DNA of 64,000 nucleotides, taken from Verrucomicrobia bacterium Ga0077533. GTDB taxonomy: Bacteria; Verrucomicrobiota; Verrucomicrobiia; Opitutales; Opitutaceae. Shown in pieces: positions 58,562 through 64,000 of the stretch. A model generated the notes under the pieces. That model saw only the letters and a program-made list of their open reading frames with translations. It was not told where the DNA came from and searched no databases. Numbering within the stretch: position 1 is the stretch's first letter; every line of letters starts with the position of its first letter. The translations under genes and the position numbers were made by a program. Where the stretch lies: positions 8,886-72,885 of the forward strand of contig LNEH01000121.1 in NCBI GenBank assembly GCA_001464505.1, written 5' to 3'.

Positions 58562-61500
58562 CTATGCCTTCAGTTTATCGCGCAAGTAAGGAGCGGTAGG
58601 ACTATTTCTAATTCTGAGCAGCCCGGCGAGCGGGCCTTGGTAGAGAATCTCGCCGCCGCCGGGGCCGCCGTTGGGCCCGAGTTCGACGATGTAGTCGGCT
58701 TCGGCGAGCAGGTCGAGATGGTGTTCGATGACGACGACCGTGTGGCCTTGGTCGACGAGGTTGTGGAGGACCTTGATGAGTTTCTCGCAGTCGCTGAGGT
58801 GCAGGCCGATGGTCGGTTCCTCAAGCAGGTAGAGGTTTTTTATGGCGATGTTGTGGGAACGCTCCTTGTAAGTGGCCAGGCCCTTGGCCAATTCCGTGAC
58901 AAGCTTGAGGCGCTGGGCTTCGCCGCCCGAGAGGGTTGGGCTGCTCTGGCCGAGCGTCAGGTAGCCGAGGCCGCAATCGACCATCAGCTGGCACACCTGC
59001 GAGAGCTGGGAGTGGAAAGCGAAGAATATAGCGGCCTCGTCGAAGGAGAGTCGCAGCACTTGGCCGATGGTCTTGCCCTTCCACGCGATATCGGCCAATT
59101 CTGATCCGTAGCGCGAACCGCCGCAGGCGTCGCAGGGCAGGTAGGAGTCGGGCATGAACGCCATCTCGAGTTTGATGCGGCCGGCGCCGGAACAGGTCTC
59201 GCAGCGGCCGCCCGCGACATTGAAGGAGAATCGTCCTGCGCCGTAGCCGCGCATCTTCGCCTCCGGCAAGGAGGCAAAGAACTGGCGGATCAGGTCGAAG
59301 ATGCCGAGGTAGGTGGCGGGCGTGGAGCGGGGCGTCTTGCCGATGGGCGACTGGTCCACCTCGATCACGCCCTTGAAGTGCTGCGCGTTGCGCAGCTCTT
59401 CAAAGGGCATTTTGGATATTGGATTCCCGATTTTCGATTGCTCGGCATCGAACTTGGCGAGCTTCACGAAATCACGTCCGCTGAGTTTGACTTTCTTCTG
59501 CTTGAGCGCGCAGGTGACGGCGGGATGCAGGATGTCGCGGAAGAGCGTGGACTTGCCCGCGCCGCTCGGACCGCAGGCCATCGTGAGCCGGCCGAGCGGC
59601 AGGCGCAGGGTCTGGTTGCGGAGATTTCGGAAATTGATGCCGGTGAGCTCCAGCCAGTCGAGGTGGAGCGCGCTGACCCCCGCGCGCTTTGAACGTCCTG
59701 GGGTCAGGCCGTTCCACCTTGGCATCGGGCGGTAACTGCCGCGCAGCGGATGATTGATGCCCTTGGCGAGGAAGAGACCGGTCAGGGAGGAGGCGTTCAG
59801 CTTGATGCCGGCGGGGCTTTCATTGGCCAGCACGGTGCCGCCATGGATGCCGGCGCCGGGACCGAGGTCGATGATGCGGTCGGCGCGTTTCATGACGACA
59901 TCGTCGTGCTCGACGACCAGCACGGTATTGCCCTTGTCGCGGAGAGTGAGGAGCGTCTCGACCAGCCGGTCGTTGTCGCGGGCGTGCAGACCGATGGAGG
60001 GCTCGTCGAGCACGTAGAGGACGCCGGAAAGATTGGAGCCAAGCTGGGCGGCCAACCGGATGCGCTGGGCCTCGCCTCCGGACAGGGTCTCGGTGGGGCG
60101 ATCCAGCTGCAGGTAGTCGAGTCCGACCGAGCCGAGGAAGCGCAGACGCTCCTCGATCTGCGGGACGATGTCCCGGGTGATGAGCTTGCCGCGGGCGTCG
60201 AGCTGGAGGTTACGCAGCGTGGCGAGCAGATCGTCGGGCGTGAGCCGCAGGAGGTCCGAGAGTGAAATAGAATCGTCCGCCTTCGCTCCCTTGGAGCTAC
60301 GGCGAGATACGGGCAGTTTCACTGCCCTTGCGATGCGGTTGAGGCGTTCGCCATGGCAGGTGGGGCAGGCCGTGGATTTTTGATTTTCGATTTCGGATTT
60401 TAGATTGGATTTCAAGTCGGCGAGTTCGGCCGGGAGCTGTTCGGCTTCATCGTCTTTCTCCTCCAGCATCCAGTCGTAGATGCGGCCGTGGCCGCGGCAG
60501 GTCGGACACCAACCCTTGGGCGAATTGAAGGAGAAATGCTTCGGGTCGAGCTCGGGGAAGGACTCACCGCTCTGGATGTCGGTGCGCGTCGTGGAGAACC
60601 AGCTCAGGATCTCTCCGGTGGGAGTCAAAAGGAAGCAGGAGCCTTTGCCGAGCTTGAGGGCGGTCTCCAGCGCGCGCGCTGGAGAGTCGAAGGACGAGCG
60701 TCGAGAGTCGAGGACCGGCAGTTGCTTTCGACCTTGGGCTTTCGGCTTTCGACTGGTGAGTTGCGATTTCAGGTCGCAAACCACCACCTCCACATCGTGC
60801 TCCTTGTAGCGGTCCAGCTTTTGGAAAGCGTCGACCCGCAGCACGCGACCGTCGACGCGCATGAGTTCGTAGCCCTGTTTTCCGATCCACTTGGCGATCG
60901 GCTCGTGGTGGCCCTTGCGGCCGCGGATGAGCGGGACGCAGAGGTAGAGGTGTCTGGTCTTTTTCGCCTTGGGGGTGGCGAGGATCTTATCCAGCAGCAG
61001 ACGGAGCTGGCTGGGCGTGAGCGGCGTGACGGCCCGGCCCGTCTCGGGGTGGTGCTGGATGCCGAGCCGGGCGTAGAGCAGGCGGAGGTATTGGGCGACC
61101 TCGGTGATGGTGGCGACGGTGGACTTGCGCGAACCGCGGGTGACACGTTGCTCAATGGCCACCGTTGGCGGGATGCCGCTGAGCCGGTCGATGTCGGGCC
61201 GGGGCAGTTGCTCGACGAATTGCCGGGCGTAGGGCGACATCGATTCCATGAAGCGCCGCTGGCCCTCGGCAAAGATGATGTCGAAGGCCAGGGTGGACTT
61301 GCCCGAGCCGGACACGCCGGTGACGACCGAGAACTGCCGGTGCGGGATGGAGACGGAGATGTTCTTGAGGTTGTTCTCGCGGGCCCCGAGCACGGTCAGC
61401 TCGCCGGGGCTCATCGCGAGGGCAGTCTGATAAGGCGCGGCGTCCTCCGCAGCAGCGAGCGGCGAAGTGTAACGTATTATATTACACTCTTCCAGGGCGT

Positions 61501-64000
61501 GGCGCAGGAACGGCGAGGTGGCGGTATCGGCACGGGCGAGGGCCTCGGGCGGGCCTTCGGCGACGATGCGGCCGCCGTGGGCGCCGGCCTCGGGGCCGAC
61601 CTCGAGGATCCAGTCGGCGGATTTAAGCACATCGAGATTGTGCTCAATGACGACGAGGCTGTGTCCGCGGTCCACGATGCGCTGGAGCACGGCCAGCAGG
61701 CGCTTCACATCGTGACGGTGCAGGCCGGTGGTGGGTTCGTCGAGGAGGAGCAGGGCGCGGGCCGGCTCTTTTGTAGGTCGGGGTTTATCCCCGACTTCGG
61801 GTGTTGGTGTCGGGCGTAAAGCCCGACCTACATCGGATTCATTTGTGAATTCTGACAGGTAGCGGACGAGCTTAAGTCTCTGCGATTCACCCCCACTCAA
61901 TGTATTCAACGGCTGGCCGAGCGGAAGGTAGCCGAGGCCGACCTCGTCGAGGGCGGCAAGCCGGCGGTGGATCTCGGGATGCCCGGCGTCCCGTTGCGGC
62001 GTGCTCGCCGCCCGGGATGCGTCCGCAGAACTCGCGCGCCATTCGTCGCGATTCTGCGGCGCAAAGAGCACCAGCGCATCGGTGACATTCATCGCGAGCA
62101 GATCGGCGACGGAGTGGCCGTTCCACGTGATGGCGCGCACCTCGGGCTTGAAGCGTTGGCCCTCGCAGATGGGGCAGGGCACAAAGACATCGGAAAGGAA
62201 CTGCATCTCGACCCGCTCACTGCCGAGGCCCTGGCAGTTGTCGCAGCGTCCGTCTCCGCTGTTGAAGGAAAAGCTTGAGGCGCTGAAACCGGCCGCCTGC
62301 GCGGCCGGCACCGTGGCATAGAGTTCGCGGATGAGTTCCCAGGCCTCGCAGTAGAGCGCAGGGTTGGAACGTGGCGTCCGGCTGAGCGGCGACTGGTCGA
62401 CCAGCACGACCTCGGAGAAGACGAGGTCGGACTTCACGGCCTCGATTTCGGCCGGATCCCCGGTCATCAGGCTGCGTTGGGTGAGCAGGCCCTGGCAGAT
62501 GATGTTGTCGAGCAGCGTGGATTTGCCGGAGCCGGAGACGCCCGACAGACACACGAAGCGCTGGAGCGGCAGGCGAAAGGAGAGATTTCGGACATTATGC
62601 TTGGAGGCGTTGGTGAAGGAGAGCCACTTGGTTTCCTCGCCTGTCATCCTGAGCGAAGCGAAGGATCCAGAATGACTTTTGCTGGCGGTCGTGTTGCTGG
62701 ATTCTTCGCTGCGCTCAGAATGACAAGCCACGGGCCGTCTCACGGCCGGGGCGTCGATCCGCTGGCGGCCGGAGAAGTAGGCGCCGGTGATGCTCAGCGG
62801 CGCGGCCAGCATGCCGCCGACCGAGCCTTGATACACAATCTTGCCGCCGCGGGCGCCCGGCTCCGGACCGACTTCAATCACATGATCGGCGGCGCGGATC
62901 ATCGCCTCGTCGTGCTCGACGACGACCACCGTGTTGCCCGCATCGGTGAGGGTGCGGATGATGCCGAGCAGCCGGTCGATATCGCGCGGGTGCAGGCCGA
63001 CGGAAGGTTCGTCGAGCACGAAGAGCGTATCGACGAGCGAGGTGCCGAGGCAGGAGGTGAGGTTGACGCGCTGGACCTCGCCGCCGGAAAGCGTGCGCGA
63101 GGTGCGATCAAGGGTCAGGTAGCCCAGGCCGACCTGGGCGAGATAGCGCAGCCGGGTGACAATGGAGTCGTGGGCGAGGTCGCGTTGATGGGCGGAGGAA
63201 ATGTCGCGACCATCAGCCGTCGCCCAAGGCCAGCAGTTCGCTGATGGGCAGTTGGTAGAGTTGGGACAGGGTGCGGCCACGCCATTTCCAACAGAGCGCC
63301 TCGGGCTGGAGCCGGGCGCCGTGGCAATCGGGGCAGGGGTTGTAGGCCCGGTAGCGCGAGAGGAAGACCCGCACATGCATCTTGTAGGTCGTCTTCTCCA
63401 TCCAGCGGAAAAACCCCTTCAAGCCATACCAGTATTTCGGCCAGCGGTTGAGCTTGCCATCGTAACCCGGCGAGCCATCGAGCACGAACGCCTTCTGCTC
63501 CGGCGTGAGCGCGGCGAAGGGGACGTTGGTGGGCAGGCCGAGTTTTTTGGTGAAGCGGAGCAGGTCTTTTTTGGACTCACCGTAAATGACGCCCTCCCAC
63601 GGCCGGATGGCGCCCTCGTCGATGGACACGGAGTGGTCGGGGATGGCGAGGCGGTAGTCGATGTCGATGACGCGGCCAAAGCCCCGGCATTTCGGGCACG
63701 CGCCGAGCGGGGAGTTGAAGGAGAACATCCCGGGCGAGGCGGGACGGAAGGTGCGACCGGTCTTCGGCGAGTGCAGGCCGCGCGAGTAATGGCCGGCGGG
63801 CGGGAATTGCGGATTGCGGAGTGCGGATTGCGGAGTGCCGAACAGAAACACTTCACCTTTGCCAAAATGGAGGGCGGTTTCGGTGGCCTCGAGGAAGCGG
63901 GACTTGTTGTCGGCGGTGATCAGCAGACGATCTTGGATGACGTAGAGAAATGACGAATGACGAAGGACGAAAGTCGAAGGTTTGGCGGCGAGCAGGTCAT
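58562..64000 (-). CDS. uvrA: Double-length (tandem) UvrA; 5' end beyond the window; +1 frameshift near 63222; many in-frame repeat inserts
   Basis: Four LSGGE signatures, three visible Walker A motifs (GVSGSGKS twice, GPSGAGKS), FSFNS and CxxC zinc motifs. Confidence 0.95.
59661..59719. repeat. Family G doublet, in frame in uvrA
   Basis: AGGTGGAGCGCGCTGACCCC...GGGGTCAGGCCGTTCCACCT encodes [20 protein letters not shown]. Confidence 0.85.
60276..60311. repeat. 36-bp family D variant, in frame in uvrA
   Basis: TCCGCCTTCGCTCCCTTGGAGCTACGGCGAGATACG vs 58492-58527; encodes [12 protein letters not shown]. Confidence 0.8.
61468..61486. repeat. Family I 19-mer, in frame in uvrA
   Basis: Identical to 13445-13463; encodes CNIIRY. 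Confidence 0.8.
61772..61832. repeat. Family B doublet, in frame in uvrA
   Basis: Encodes [20 protein letters not shown] between the signature motif and Walker B. Confidence 0.9.
62642..62725. repeat. Family A element (84 bp), in frame in uvrA
   Basis: Encodes [28 protein letters not shown]; arms and spacer close to 57116-57199. Confidence 0.92.

Noticed and set aside
58562-64000. Double-length UvrA as a novelty, or inserts as inteins or introns
   Set aside because: Tandem UvrA is known in PVC bacteria; the inserts are far too short for inteins and match intergenic DNA repeats.

Overview
High-GC bacterial chromosomal window. Gene content and order suggest Verrucomicrobiota, Opitutaceae-like; this is an inference from the lpxC-fabZ fusion, EF-P with a PGN loop, divergent FtsZ/FtsA and double-length UvrA. 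Genes are mostly housekeeping: HU, hisS, cdd-kbl-tdh, efp, lpxC/fabZ-lpxA, a Y-family polymerase, nadACB, a dcw cluster lacking murC and murD, obgE, a PilB/GspE ATPase, mnmA, gap-pgk-tpiA, ispA, murJ, rpmB, an S41 protease, tsaD and uvrA, plus three small toxin-antitoxin modules. The striking feature is about ten distinct families of short palindromic (REP/REPIN-like) elements plus 7-mer and 9-mer tandem repeats. They occur between genes, nested inside one another, and inserted in frame inside conserved proteins (uvrA with about 11 inserts, mnmA, tsaD, kbl, ispA, a LysE exporter). Matching intergenic copies and empty/filled-site pairs are visible within the window. No mobilising transposase is present here. 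Other oddities: a hicBA module flanked by a duplicated mnmA 3' end, an AT-rich domain patch in hisS, MurE and FtsZ with altered catalytic motifs, and several small indels that may be assembly artefacts.
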